The notes under the pieces: generated by a model
What the model was told of the DNA's origin: nothing
Seen by the model: the letters and a program-made list of their open reading frames with translations, nothing else
The model's database searches: none
Origin: Candidatus Sulfotelmatobacter sp.
GTDB lineage: Bacteria > Acidobacteriota > Terriglobia > Terriglobales > Acidobacteriaceae
Length of the DNA: 64,000 nucleotides
Assembly: GCA_049517555.1 (NCBI GenBank)
Contig: JBEKRY010000001.1
Coordinates: 700 to 64,699 of the forward strand
Direction: 5' to 3'
Translations under genes and position numbers: made by a program
Shown: piece after piece, positions 36,616-45,954 of the stretch
How positions within the stretch are numbered: position 1 is the first letter of the stretch
Layout of the letters: each line of letters begins with the position of its first letter

Positions 36616-37425
36616 TTACCAGTGATCCTCGACAGCCGGCCGGCGTTGAAGCACTCTGCCGAGTATGCGTTCTTCAAGCGCGGCGAAGCGGGCGCTGCCG
36701 CGGGTGCGTGGTCGAGGGAGGTTTACGATTTCATCCAACGCGACGCGGCCTCCTTCAATCAGGATGACGCGGTCCGCCAGACTGATGGCCTCGGCAACGT
36801 CATGGGTTACGAGCATGGCGGTAAAACCGCGGCCGCGCCAAACGTCTTCGATGAGTTGCTGCATTTCGATGCGCGTGAGCGCGTCGAGCGATCCCAGAGG
36901 TTCATCGAGCAGCAACAAATTCGGATCATGGACAAGCGCGCGAGCCAAAGCTACCCTTTGTCGCTGCCCACCCGATAAAGTAGCAGGCCAGTCATCGGCT
37001 CTTTCTGCCAGACCAACTTGCGCCAAGACTTTTCTTGCCTGCGGGATGAGCGCTGGCTCGAGGCCGAGCATGACGTTGGGGAGAATTCGTCTCCACGGCA
37101 GCAGGCGAGAATCCTGGAACATGACTCGTACATCCGGCTTGCCGTGGGCCTTTGTAACGTAATCTGCAGGGTCGGCCACAATAATGGTTCCAGATTGCGG
37201 CGTTTCCAAACCCGCAACGGACCGCAGCAGAGTGCTCTTGCCACATCCGCTGCGACCGACAATGGCGACAAATTCACCGGCGGGAACTTCAACGTCGAAG
37301 TTCTCGAGCACGGTGCGTCCACCAAACGCAATGCTGACACTTTTGATTGCGACTGACACGCCGCGTGAGCATTGAGTGTGCTGGGTGGCGATCTCTTTCT
37401 GTTTCGAACTGAAAGTAACTGACAA
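36616..37425 (-). CDS. ssuB: Aliphatic sulfonate ABC transporter ATP-binding protein
   Basis: 269-aa ORF with Walker A ([11 protein letters not shown]), the signature [15 protein letters not shown] and Walker B (LLLLDEP). It sits downstream of ssuA and ssuC. Confidence 0.8.
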   Translation of the reverse strand: MSVTFSSKQKEIATQHTQCSRGVSVAIKSVSIAFGGRTVLENFDVEVPAGEFVAIVGRSGCGKSTLLRSVAGLETPQSGTIIVADPADYVTKAHGKPDVRVMFQDSRLLPWRRILPNVMLGLEPALIPQARKVLAQVGLAERADDWPATLSGGQRQRVALARALVHDPNLLLLDEPLGSLDALTRIEMQQLIEDVWRGRGFTAMLVTHDVAEAISLADRVILIEGGRVALDEIVNLPRPRTRGSARFAALEERILGRVLQRRPAVEDHW

Positions 37426-37434
37426 AATGATCCC

Positions 37435-38250
37435 TTATCGTGCCGTCTGATACGCCGGATTCCAGCGCAGCCAGTAGCGTTCCAGTGCCTTCGCCAGAAG
37501 GTCGGCGAGTTTCCCCAAAATCGCGTAAAGCAGAATGCCGACCACCATGACGTCGGTCTGCATAAATTCGCGTGCGTTCATGGTCATGTAGCCGATGCCC
37601 GAACGCGCTGAAATCGTTTCGGCGACGATCAAGATGACCCACATCAATCCGAGCGAAAAGCGCACTCCTACCAGAATGGAGGGCAACGCTCCAGGAAGAA
37701 TAATCTCGCGGTAGAGCGCCCAGCCAGACAGACCATAAGTTCTCCCCATCTCCAGAAGTCCGCGGTCGACCGAACGAATGCCGTGAAAGGTGTTGATGTA
37801 GATGGGGAAAAAAACGCCCAGCGCAACCAGAAAGAGTTTCGCCGATTCGTCGATGCCGAACCACAGGATGACCAGCGGGATCAGCGCCAGCGGAGGGATG
37901 TTGCGAACCATTTGAATCGTGGTGTCGAGCAATACTTCAGCCCAACGCAGCGAGGCGGTGAGCAATCCGAGCAAAAGTCCCACCCCGCCACCAACGACGA
38001 AACCCGACAACGCGCGCAGAGTACTGACCCGAACATGCATCCACAATTCACCGGAGGCGCTGAGTTCGATGAACGAACTTACCACTGCGCGTGGCGAGGG
38101 CAGGAATCGACCGGGCAGAATCCCAGCAGAAGATGCCCACTGCCAGGCGATCAACAGCGCAACGGGCACGATCCACGGCAACGCTTGCTTCGCGAGAATG
38201 CCCGGTCGAAGCTGGGTCTTCACGGGGGGATGTTTTTGAGGCTGATTCAT
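37435..38250 (-). CDS. ssuC: Aliphatic sulfonate ABC transporter permease
   Basis: ORF-track frame is 37435..38313. I place the start at the internal Met at 38250 (MNQPQKH...), which removes a 53-nt overlap with ssuA. The protein is a BPD-type permease (EAA-loop region ...RSVDRGLLEMGRTYG). Confidence 0.8.
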   Translation of the reverse strand: MNQPQKHPPVKTQLRPGILAKQALPWIVPVALLIAWQWASSAGILPGRFLPSPRAVVSSFIELSASGELWMHVRVSTLRALSGFVVGGGVGLLLGLLTASLRWAEVLLDTTIQMVRNIPPLALIPLVILWFGIDESAKLFLVALGVFFPIYINTFHGIRSVDRGLLEMGRTYGLSGWALYREIILPGALPSILVGVRFSLGLMWVILIVAETISARSGIGYMTMNAREFMQTDVMVVGILLYAILGKLADLLAKALERYWLRWNPAYQTAR

Positions 38251-38260
38251 GATTGCTGGC

Positions 38261-39244
38261 TCAGCGTTTGGCCTGGGTTCCGGTCGACGTTCCCTGCAGC
38301 GTCGCATCGACAATATTAATGTGCTTGGGAATCAACTTGAGTTCGTAGAAGGCATCGGCGATTCTTTGTTGCTCGGCCAGCACGGCGTCGTTGACGGGCG
38401 TCACACCATAGCCGCCACGCGATAGTGCGAGCTCAAGGGTCGCTTGATCCAAGCCGATCTGCGGTTGCAAGGCTGCGGCTGCTTCTTTCGGATTCGTTTT
38501 CGCCCAATGATCCACGGCAGCTACTTCGTCCAGGACGATCGCAACTATATCGGCGCGTCTTGCGGCATAGAGCCGGGAGGCAAGAAAAAATTGGTGATTG
38601 CTGACTACCCCGTTGCCATCGGCGAGAATGCGGGCGCCGGTTTGTTTTTGAGCCGCGGCCAGAAACGGCTCCCAAATCGCCCACGCGTCCACGCTGCCGC
38701 GCTCGAAGGCCGCTCGCGCATCCGCCGGCGTGAGGAAGATTGTGTCGATGTCCTTGTATTGCACTCCTGCCTTTTCAAGCAGCTTCACCAGCAAGAAGTG
38801 AACATTGGAGCCTTTGTTGAGCGCCACTTTCTTGCCCTTGAGCTCGGCAACTGTCTTGATGGGCGAGTCTTTGGGAACGAGAATGGCCTCAGCCGCGGAA
38901 GCCGGCGGCTCGTTTCCGACGTAAATCAGATCCGCTCCGGCTGCCTGAGCGAAGATGGGTGGGGCTTCACCCACCGTTCCGAAGTCGATCGCGCCCACGT
39001 TCAAACCTTCCAGCAGCTGTGGCCCAGCGGGAAATTCGGTCCACTGGACTTCAACGTGCAGCGGCGCCAGCCGTTTCTCCAAACTGCCGCGCGCCTTCAG
39101 CAGGACCAGCGTGCCGTATTTCTGGTATCCAATGCGGATGACGCTATCCGCATTTTGGGCTAATGCAAATGGCGCTAATGTCATTAGGACCGCGATGAGT
39201 GCCACGATCACGCGATGAAACATTGCCAGTGGAGAATTGCGCAT
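38261..39244 (-). CDS. ssuA: Aliphatic sulfonate ABC transporter periplasmic substrate-binding protein
   Basis: 327-aa ORF with a signal peptide. SsuA-like blocks include IRIGYQKYGTLVLLKARGSLEKRL, GAIDFGTVGEAPPIFAQAAG and GSVDAWAIWEPF. Confidence 0.8.
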   Translation of the reverse strand: MRNSPLAMFHRVIVALIAVLMTLAPFALAQNADSVIRIGYQKYGTLVLLKARGSLEKRLAPLHVEVQWTEFPAGPQLLEGLNVGAIDFGTVGEAPPIFAQAAGADLIYVGNEPPASAAEAILVPKDSPIKTVAELKGKKVALNKGSNVHFLLVKLLEKAGVQYKDIDTIFLTPADARAAFERGSVDAWAIWEPFLAAAQKQTGARILADGNGVVSNHQFFLASRLYAARRADIVAIVLDEVAAVDHWAKTNPKEAAAALQPQIGLDQATLELALSRGGYGVTPVNDAVLAEQQRIADAFYELKLIPKHINIVDATLQGTSTGTQAKR

Positions 39245-39311
39245 AAGTCTGAATCCTTAGTCGATCTTGTTCTGCGAATATCGATTTCGCTCCGCGAATT
39301 ACGAATCATGT

Positions 39312-40517
39312 TCAGGAATAAAATGACGGCTTCGGCAGCTGACGATTCAAGGCCCAGTCGCCCAATTCGCGAATCTTGTAGTCGACCGGATCATGCAGGG
39401 TGTGCGTGCGCAGGTTGCGCCAGAAGCGGTCGATCCGCGCCGGACCGGCGGCGGCGCGCGCTCCCATGACCTCAAACATCCGGTTGGTAATCTCCAGGCC
39501 AACGTTGTTGGTGGCCACCTTCGCGGTGGCGACGTCGAGCGCGCACTTGCCGCGCTGATTCTCCGTGAGTGCGTCTCCACTCTCCCAGGCGCGCTGCAGA
39601 GACTCTCCTGCGATGTCGGTGAGGGCCTGCGCAGCCTGAAGGTTGACGAAGAAACTGCCGTAATTCGCCAGAATGTAGGGATCTTCCGTGGCGCTCTTTG
39701 CGGTTGAAGCGACCCACGGCCTGGTTTGCGCCAGAGTATAGTTGCGCGATTCCTCCAGCGCTCCTTCCGCGATTCCCAGAAAAATATTACTGAGAATCAG
39801 CTGCGCAATGCAGGAACGCAAGGACGCTCTGATGCTGCCCAAAGGACCGGGTGTTTTTAGAAACTCTTCCTGCCCGACGGCCACGTCGCAAAACTCCACG
39901 GTTCCGCTGTCGGTTTGCCGCTGGCCCATGGCATCCCAGTCATCGAGAATGCGAATCCCTGGCCGACCGGAAGGTATGGCGGCTACCATAAACTTTTCGT
40001 CTACGGAGCGAATCGCGGAAACGATCAGCATGTCGGAGTCGAGGGCCCCGGAACAGAAACTCTTGCGACCGTTGATGACGGGTCCGACTCCACCTTTAGC
40101 GCTTAGGCTCGTGCGCTTGTCGAGCGGATTGAGGGCGTTGCCCCAGAACCATTTATTGCAGACGGTTTCGGAAAAGAGCTCTTCGGTCTGTGGCCACGAT
40201 CCGTAGAGCGATACGGAAGCCAGCATGAGATGCTGAAAGCCGAACAGGTGGGCGATCGAACTATCGACACGCGCGAAGGCTCGAACGAGTTTCATCGTGT
40301 CCGGCCATTCCATTCCCCAACCGCCCAGGGCTGCCGGAATCGTCACGTTGAGCAGTCCGCTCGCGCGCAACAGGTCCCGCTCAGTTTTCGCGGTACCACC
40401 CCCTTTATCTCGCTCAACGGCAGTTTGAGCGAATACCGCGATCAATTGATCGGCAATCTCGAAAGCGTGCTGCCGGGGCGGAACATTCACTGCGATGTGA
40501 TGCACTGTAGAAAGCAC
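39312..40517 (-). CDS. Acyl-CoA-dehydrogenase-fold sulfur-acquisition oxidoreductase (SfnB/DszC-like)
   Basis: The track ORF extends to 40763. An in-frame GTG at 40517 follows GGAGAGG by 6 nt and gives a 401-aa product. Supporting blocks: FAQTAVERDKGGG, HLFGFQH, WGNALNP, GQRQTDSG and the C-terminal RFWRNLRTHTLHDPVDYK. Confidence 0.7.
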   Translation of the reverse strand: MLSTVHHIAVNVPPRQHAFEIADQLIAVFAQTAVERDKGGGTAKTERDLLRASGLLNVTIPAALGGWGMEWPDTMKLVRAFARVDSSIAHLFGFQHLMLASVSLYGSWPQTEELFSETVCNKWFWGNALNPLDKRTSLSAKGGVGPVINGRKSFCSGALDSDMLIVSAIRSVDEKFMVAAIPSGRPGIRILDDWDAMGQRQTDSGTVEFCDVAVGQEEFLKTPGPLGSIRASLRSCIAQLILSNIFLGIAEGALEESRNYTLAQTRPWVASTAKSATEDPYILANYGSFFVNLQAAQALTDIAGESLQRAWESGDALTENQRGKCALDVATAKVATNNVGLEITNRMFEVMGARAAAGPARIDRFWRNLRTHTLHDPVDYKIRELGDWALNRQLPKPSFYS

Positions 40518-40601
40518 TGCCGTCCTCTCCTGTCGTAAGACATGTCGCCCATACTCTGCGCGGCTGCCCGCTGTTTCTCCACCAACATCTCTGTTCAATT
40601 G

Positions 40602-40619
40602 GTGTTGCTCCAGCAACAC
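40602..40619. promoter_or_regulatory. Perfect 7-bp inverted repeat GTGTTGC-N4-GCAACAC; candidate activator (UAS) site in the divergent sulfur-gene spacer
   Basis: Read directly. It lies about 95 bp upstream of the plus-strand sigma-54 element. Confidence 0.3.
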
Positions 40620-40699
40620 TTCCCTGTCGACCGAACCGCCTGAAATTCGCTGTAACCGCGTGAAAACGTGAAATTCAGGCACATAGCTGCTTCTCTCTG

Positions 40700-40718
40700 T
40701 TGGCAAGACAATTGCCAA
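40700..40718 (+). promoter_or_regulatory. Sigma-54 (-24/-12) promoter element TGGCAA-N5-TTGCC upstream of ssuD. It sits inside the perfect palindrome TTGGCAA-N5-TTGCCAA, so the same motif reads on both strands.
   Basis: GG is at 40702-40703 and GC at 40714-40715, with the canonical 10-nt spacing. The ssuD ATG is 47 nt downstream of the GC. A sigma-54 enhancer-binding protein is encoded at 44667-45800. Confidence 0.55.
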
Positions 40719-40761
40719 AGCTGATGTGGAAGTCAGTCCTCCCCGGAAAGAGATCGAAAAC

Positions 40762-41925
40762 ATGGAAGTATTCTGGTTCTTACCAACTCACGGAGACGGT
40801 CGTTACCTGGGCAGCGCCGAGCAGGCGCGGACCGTCAATTACGGCTATTTGAAGCAGGTGGCTCAAGCCGCCGACCAGCTTGGGTTTGTGGGCGTGTTAT
40901 TGCCCACCGGCAGGTCGTGTGAAGACGCATGGGTCGTGGCGTCAGCTCTGGTCCCGGTAACCACCAGGCTGAAGTTCTTAGTCGCGATTCGCCCCGGAAT
41001 CACTTCGCCCACGGCTGCCGCGCGAATGGCAGCGACGTTCGACCGGCTTTCCGAGGGACGGCTGCTGATTAATGTTGTGACCGGCGGTGATCCTGACGAA
41101 GCGCTCGGCGACGGCGTTTTTCTCACTCACGACGAGCGTTATGAAGTGACGGAAGAATTCCTTCAGATATGGCGCGAAGCAGTGGCTGGTAAGGCTATTT
41201 CGCTGAACGGAAAACATCTTCATGTGGAGAATGCAAAAGTCTTATATCCGTCGGTGCAAAAGCCGCATCCTCCGCTCTATTTCGGAGGGTCATCGAAGGT
41301 TGCTTATGGCTTAGCCGCTCGGCAGGTTGACGTCTATCTAACCTGGGGTGAACCGCCAAAAGCGGTTGAGGAAAAGATTTCAGCCGTGCGGCGTCTCGCG
41401 GAGGAACAGGGCCGCTCCGTTCGGTTCGGCATTCGGCTTCACGTTATTGTCCGGGAAACAGAGAAGGAAGCATGGGCGGCCGCGAATGATCTGATTCGCT
41501 ACGTCGACGACGACACGATCGCTCGAGCGCAAAAAACATTCGCGCGGTTCGATTCTGAAGGACAGCGCCGCATGGCGGAGTTGCACCGCGGAGGCCGTGA
41601 AACACTGGAAGTCAGTCCCAATCTCTGGGCAGGTGTGGGCCTGGTGCGCGGTGGCGCCGGCACGGCTTTAGTTGGCGATCCGGCGACGGTTGCAAAACGA
41701 ATGCAGGAGTATGCCGACCTGGGAATCGAAACCTTCATCTTGTCGGGGTATCCGCATCTCGAAGAAGCGTATCGTGTGGCCGATTTGCTGTTTCCACATT
41801 TGCCGCTTTCATCGAAATCAGAAAGATCGGTGGGAAACATCACTGGACCGTTCGGAGAGCTGGTCGCGAACGAATATCAGCCGCGCACACCAGAGGCTAC
41901 GCCGGTTCCGGCGCAACAAAGTTAG
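40762..41925 (+). CDS. ssuD: FMNH2-dependent alkanesulfonate monooxygenase
   Basis: ORF-track frame is 40726..41925, with the start at the Met at 40762 ([17 protein letters not shown]...). The protein matches the SsuD/luciferase-like pattern throughout ([35 protein letters not shown]). Confidence 0.9.
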   Translation: MEVFWFLPTHGDGRYLGSAEQARTVNYGYLKQVAQAADQLGFVGVLLPTGRSCEDAWVVASALVPVTTRLKFLVAIRPGITSPTAAARMAATFDRLSEGRLLINVVTGGDPDEALGDGVFLTHDERYEVTEEFLQIWREAVAGKAISLNGKHLHVENAKVLYPSVQKPHPPLYFGGSSKVAYGLAARQVDVYLTWGEPPKAVEEKISAVRRLAEEQGRSVRFGIRLHVIVRETEKEAWAAANDLIRYVDDDTIARAQKTFARFDSEGQRRMAELHRGGRETLEVSPNLWAGVGLVRGGAGTALVGDPATVAKRMQEYADLGIETFILSGYPHLEEAYRVADLLFPHLPLSSKSERSVGNITGPFGELVANEYQPRTPEATPVPAQQS

Positions 41926-41975
41926 TCGCGAAGGGCAATCGGGTCAGTCCCCGCACGCTAAACAAAGGGGGAACG

Positions 41976-42980
41976 GTGAACTGCTTGAAGAGCGCCAGGT
42001 TTGTATCTCTCATCGCGGTGGTGATCGTGGCGGCGATGGCGGTGGGCTGCAGCCGCAAGACTTCTGTGAAGCCCGCGACCATTAAGTTGGACTACGCCTA
42101 TTACAACCCGGTGAGCCTGGTACTGAAGGATAAGAAATTTCTGGAGCAGGATCTCGCCAGTAATGGCATTTCCGTTGAGTGGACACAGAGCCTCGGTAGC
42201 AACAAAGCGTTGGAACTCCTGAACAGCAAGAGCGTCGATTTTGGGTCGACGGCTGGGGCCGCCGCGCTCATCGGAAAAGCCAATGGCAATCCGATTAAAG
42301 CTATCTATGTCTACTCTCGCCCCGAGTGGACGGCTCTGGTTGTGCGCAAAGATTCTCCCATCGAGAAAATCGAAGATCTCAAGGGAAAGAAAGTGGCGGT
42401 GACGCGCGGGACTGACCCTCACATATTCCTGTTGCGCGCGCTTCACGAAGCTGGGCTGACCGAAAAAGATATTCAGATCGTCGTACTGCAGCATCCCCAG
42501 GGGGGGATCGCACTTGAAAAGGGAGACGTGGACGCCTGGGCGGGCTTGGATCCGATGATGGCGCAAACCGAGATTGAGAGCGGATCCCGGCTTTTCTATC
42601 GGAACGTGAATTTCAACAGCTACGGAGTGCTGAACGTGCGCGAAGAGTTTGCCAGGCAATACCCCGCGTATGTGGAGCGCGTGCTGGCGGCCTATGAGAA
42701 GGCTCGCCTCTGGGCCCTGCAGAACCCGGAGGAATTTCGCAAACTATTTGCCGGCGACACGAAGCTCGACGATTCTGTGATCACGAAGGTTCTGGAGCGC
42801 ACAGACTTGACCAACTCGACGATCGGAGACAACCAGAGACAGGTAATTATGGCCAGCGGCGACGTGTTGAAACAGAACAACGTTATCAACAGTAATACCG
42901 ACGTGAGCGCTACCGTGAACAATCTGATCGAGCCTCGATATGCCCAAGACGTAGTCAACAAGAGCCTGGCGCAGAAATGA
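41976..42980 (+). CDS. Sulfonate/taurine-type ABC transporter substrate-binding lipoprotein (second set)
   Basis: 334-aa ORF with a GTG start after AGGGGGA and a lipobox (VAAMAVGC). It has NMT1/SsuA-like blocks (VDFGSTAGAAALIGKANG, GDVDAWAGLDP). Confidence 0.75.
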   Translation: MNCLKSARFVSLIAVVIVAAMAVGCSRKTSVKPATIKLDYAYYNPVSLVLKDKKFLEQDLASNGISVEWTQSLGSNKALELLNSKSVDFGSTAGAAALIGKANGNPIKAIYVYSRPEWTALVVRKDSPIEKIEDLKGKKVAVTRGTDPHIFLLRALHEAGLTEKDIQIVVLQHPQGGIALEKGDVDAWAGLDPMMAQTEIESGSRLFYRNVNFNSYGVLNVREEFARQYPAYVERVLAAYEKARLWALQNPEEFRKLFAGDTKLDDSVITKVLERTDLTNSTIGDNQRQVIMASGDVLKQNNVINSNTDVSATVNNLIEPRYAQDVVNKSLAQK

Positions 42981-43816
42981 GCACCGCGGAGCAGAACCGA
43001 AGGCTCGTCTGGAAAGGCGGTACGGCGGAATCGACGGCGAAGCCGCCAGACAACCATGGACGAATTCATATTCCAGACGGACTTCTGGGCTGGATCATTC
43101 CCGTGGGAGTATTGCTCGCATGGGAACGGCTTGCGAGCCTGGGGATTCTTCCCCCCAATTGGCTGCCCGCACCAACAGTCGTCGGCAAGACGATCTATCA
43201 GTTAGCCGTTGCCGGCGATTTGCTCAAACACGCGGGAACAACCATTGCCCGCGTCGCGGTCGGATTTCTCCTCGGCGCGAGCGCAGGCACACTTTTCGGC
43301 GGTCTCACCGGCTACCTGCCGATTGCTCGCAAGCTGCTCGATCCTTCATTGCAGGCGCTGCGCAGCGTTCCTTCGATCGCGTGGGTTCCGCTCTTCTTGT
43401 TGTGGCTCGGCATCCAGGAGACCTCAAAGATTGCACTCATCTCCGTGGGCGCGTTCTTCCCGGTTTATTTGAACCTCTCGGTTGCCATGCGACACGTCGA
43501 TCCGAAGTTGCTTGAAGTTGGCAAATTGTACCGGCTGAGCAGTTTTCAAATGGTTCGACGGCTCATTCTTCCGGCGGTGTTACCGGAGTACATCGTGGGG
43601 CTGCGCAGTGGATTGGGGCTGGCGTGGATGTTTGTTGTTGCTGCCGAACTCCTGGGAGCGAGCAGCGGGATCGGATATCTCATGGTGGATGGCGAGATGA
43701 CTGGCCGCGCCGCCGTCATCTTAGCCAGCGTGATACTTTTCGCCATCTTCGGCAAGGTCACCGACTGGGGTATGAACGCGGTCGGCCGCAGACTTCTTGG
43801 TCACAGAGCCCGCTGA
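42977..43816 (+). CDS. ABC transporter permease (SsuC/TauC-like, second set)
   Basis: 279-aa ORF with an ATGA overlap with the upstream gene. It has the BPD-type permease pattern. Confidence 0.8.
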   Translation: MSTAEQNRRLVWKGGTAESTAKPPDNHGRIHIPDGLLGWIIPVGVLLAWERLASLGILPPNWLPAPTVVGKTIYQLAVAGDLLKHAGTTIARVAVGFLLGASAGTLFGGLTGYLPIARKLLDPSLQALRSVPSIAWVPLFLLWLGIQETSKIALISVGAFFPVYLNLSVAMRHVDPKLLEVGKLYRLSSFQMVRRLILPAVLPEYIVGLRSGLGLAWMFVVAAELLGASSGIGYLMVDGEMTGRAAVILASVILFAIFGKVTDWGMNAVGRRLLGHRAR

Positions 43817-43872
43817 CTCCGAACAATGAAGGTAACGCATCCCCTCCGAACTCCCGTTGGAGATTGAGATTT

Positions 43873-44670
43873 ATGGCCAGCGATAGCTTTCAGAAGAGCG
43901 GCGCGGTCGACATTCAAATCACAGGGAAAACCTTTTCAGGTTCCAAGGGTACTCTCTTGGCTTTGAAAGATATTCTGCTAACGATCAACCCCGGAGAATT
44001 CGTGTGCATTGTCGGCGGCAGTGGCTGCGGGAAGACGACGTTGCTGAGAATCATCGCTGGCCTGGAGACCGAGTATGAGGGCGCCGTTTTTCTCGACGGC
44101 AAGAAACTCGCAGGACCGGGCTTGGATCGGGGTGTGGTTTTCCAGGAGCACCGCCTCCTTTCCTGGCTCACGGTGCATGACAACGTTGGGTTTGGACTTG
44201 CAGGTCTGTCTCGCGAAGAACGCAGCCGAGATGTTCGACGCTACATCGGCCTGGTCGGGCTGGATGAGTTCGAGTATGGATACCCTCACCAGCTTTCTGG
44301 CGGCATGTCGCAGCGAGTGGCCATTGCGCGAGCACTGGCGGGGCGGCCTGAAGTGCTATTGCTGGACGAGCCTTTCGCGTCCCTCGATGCGCTGACTCGA
44401 ATGCGCATGCAACAGGAAATCCTGCGGATTTGGGAAGCAGAGCAAACTACGATCGTTCTTGTTACTCACGACATCGAGGAAGCGGTATTTCTTGCGGACC
44501 GGGTTGTCATCATGTCTCCGCAGCCAGGCACGATCAGGAATATCCTGCCGGTCCGCTTGTCACGGCCACGCGACCGCTCCGATCGGGAATTTGTGCGAGT
44601 GCGCAAATTGGTCCACGATGAGTTGTTTGCGCAGAACGGAATGGCACATCTTGCTCCTGACAATTTCTAG
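43873..44670 (+). CDS. ABC transporter ATP-binding protein (SsuB/TauB-like, second set)
   Basis: The track ORF starts at 43624, inside the permease gene. The ATG at 43873 follows GGAG. It has Walker A (GGSGCGKTTLL), the signature LSGGMSQRVAIARAL and Walker B (LLLDEP). Confidence 0.8.
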   Translation: MASDSFQKSGAVDIQITGKTFSGSKGTLLALKDILLTINPGEFVCIVGGSGCGKTTLLRIIAGLETEYEGAVFLDGKKLAGPGLDRGVVFQEHRLLSWLTVHDNVGFGLAGLSREERSRDVRRYIGLVGLDEFEYGYPHQLSGGMSQRVAIARALAGRPEVLLLDEPFASLDALTRMRMQQEILRIWEAEQTTIVLVTHDIEEAVFLADRVVIMSPQPGTIRNILPVRLSRPRDRSDREFVRVRKLVHDELFAQNGMAHLAPDNF

Positions 44671-45800
44671 CTGGCGAAGGAATCAGGGAGGATCGGCGAA
44701 GCCTTTGGTTGTCGGCCGTTGGGTAACTCGCCGCATTGCATCAGTTTGGCCCGAACAATATTCCGGCTGACGCCGAGCAACCGCGCCGTCTGAACCTGGT
44801 TGCGGTGACAGAATTCATAGGCGGTTTTCGTAATCGCGGTCTCGATCTCGGAGTACAAGTTGGGACTGCCATCTTCAAAGACTGCAAGTAGCGCCTCACG
44901 CAGACCGTCGAAGGGCTGCGCTCGACCATTTGTGGCAACTCGGAGCCCGAGTGGAGAAAGCCTCAAGTCTTCTGGTCTTACGACATTTTCCCGGCAAACC
45001 AGGAGAGCGTGATGGATGACGTTTTCCAACTCGCGAGTATTGCCGGGCCAGGAATGCCCACTAACGAGTACATCGGACGCATCCGCGCTCAGTTCAGGAT
45101 CCCTGAGCCCCAGCCGTTCCCCATAAACTCTAAGAAAATGTTGTGCCAAGGGCAGAATGTCGCCCGGCCGTTCGCGCAACGGAGGAATGTGGAGTGAGGC
45201 GACCTGGAGCCGGTAATAAAGATCTTCGCGGAAACGTCCCGCGGCAACGGCATCTTCAAGATTTACGTTGGTTGCAGCCACCACGCGAACGTCGATCGCC
45301 ACCGGACTGCGTGAACCCAGCCGGACTACCTGGCGCTCTTGCAGCACTCGGAGCAGCTTTACTTGCATGGCGAAGGGCAAATCTCCGATCTCGTCCAGGA
45401 ATAACGTTCCCCCGCGAGCCGCTTCAAACCATCCGGCCCGGGCTACGGTTGCTCCGGTGAATGAGCCGCGCTCATGACCAAACAATTCGCTTTCTACCAG
45501 GCTTTCAGAAAAGGCCCCGCAATTTACGGCCACAAAAGGACTGTCAGCCCGCGGGCTCAGCTTGTGCACATGTCTGGCAATGAGTTCCTTGCCCGTACCG
45601 GTTTCCCCAGTGACCAGCACGTTCGCGGTGCTGGGGCCTATCAATTGAATTCTTTCAAGTAACGCCTTGGACTTAAGGTCTTCAAATACCAGCGCAGACG
45701 CCCTTGGACCAAAGGGCACGACAGCGGGGCCGGGAAAACTTAGAAGCGGCTTGGGAACCGGAGACAGTGACATTGTAAACCCTACTATATGAATTGACAT
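44667..45800 (-). CDS. Sigma-54-dependent transcriptional activator lacking an N-terminal receiver/sensor domain (SfnR-like architecture)
   Basis: 377-aa ORF. The AAA+ sigma-54 interaction domain starts about 40 aa from the N-terminus ([35 protein letters not shown]). The C-terminal Fis-type HTH is [20 protein letters not shown]. The start may be the Met at 45773. Confidence 0.85.
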   Translation of the reverse strand: MSIHIVGFTMSLSPVPKPLLSFPGPAVVPFGPRASALVFEDLKSKALLERIQLIGPSTANVLVTGETGTGKELIARHVHKLSPRADSPFVAVNCGAFSESLVESELFGHERGSFTGATVARAGWFEAARGGTLFLDEIGDLPFAMQVKLLRVLQERQVVRLGSRSPVAIDVRVVAATNVNLEDAVAAGRFREDLYYRLQVASLHIPPLRERPGDILPLAQHFLRVYGERLGLRDPELSADASDVLVSGHSWPGNTRELENVIHHALLVCRENVVRPEDLRLSPLGLRVATNGRAQPFDGLREALLAVFEDGSPNLYSEIETAITKTAYEFCHRNQVQTARLLGVSRNIVRAKLMQCGELPNGRQPKASPILPDSFAS

Positions 45801-45954
45801 AATAGGATAAATTGCGGAGTGGTGTCAAGAATTATCCAATACATCAATGCGACACCCGGCGATTGTTCCCTGCTGCGAAAAGTTCCGGTCCAATCGGGGA
45901 GTCAATCTAGCTGATCTGGATTCTGCGCCGGCGATCTCTGGTACACTGGCGCGC

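Noticed and set aside
40677-40692. A second sigma-54-like motif, aGGCACatagcTGCTt, in the ssuD/SfnB-like spacer.
   Set aside because: The GG-to-GC spacing is 9 nt rather than the canonical 10. The palindromic element at 40700-40718 fits the consensus properly.
44667-44670. Overlapping convergent stop codons of the ABC ATPase gene (+) and the sigma-54 activator gene (-) as a special regulatory arrangement.
   Set aside because: A 4-nt CTAG overlap of convergent stops is common in compact genomes. No hairpin or other signal is visible there.
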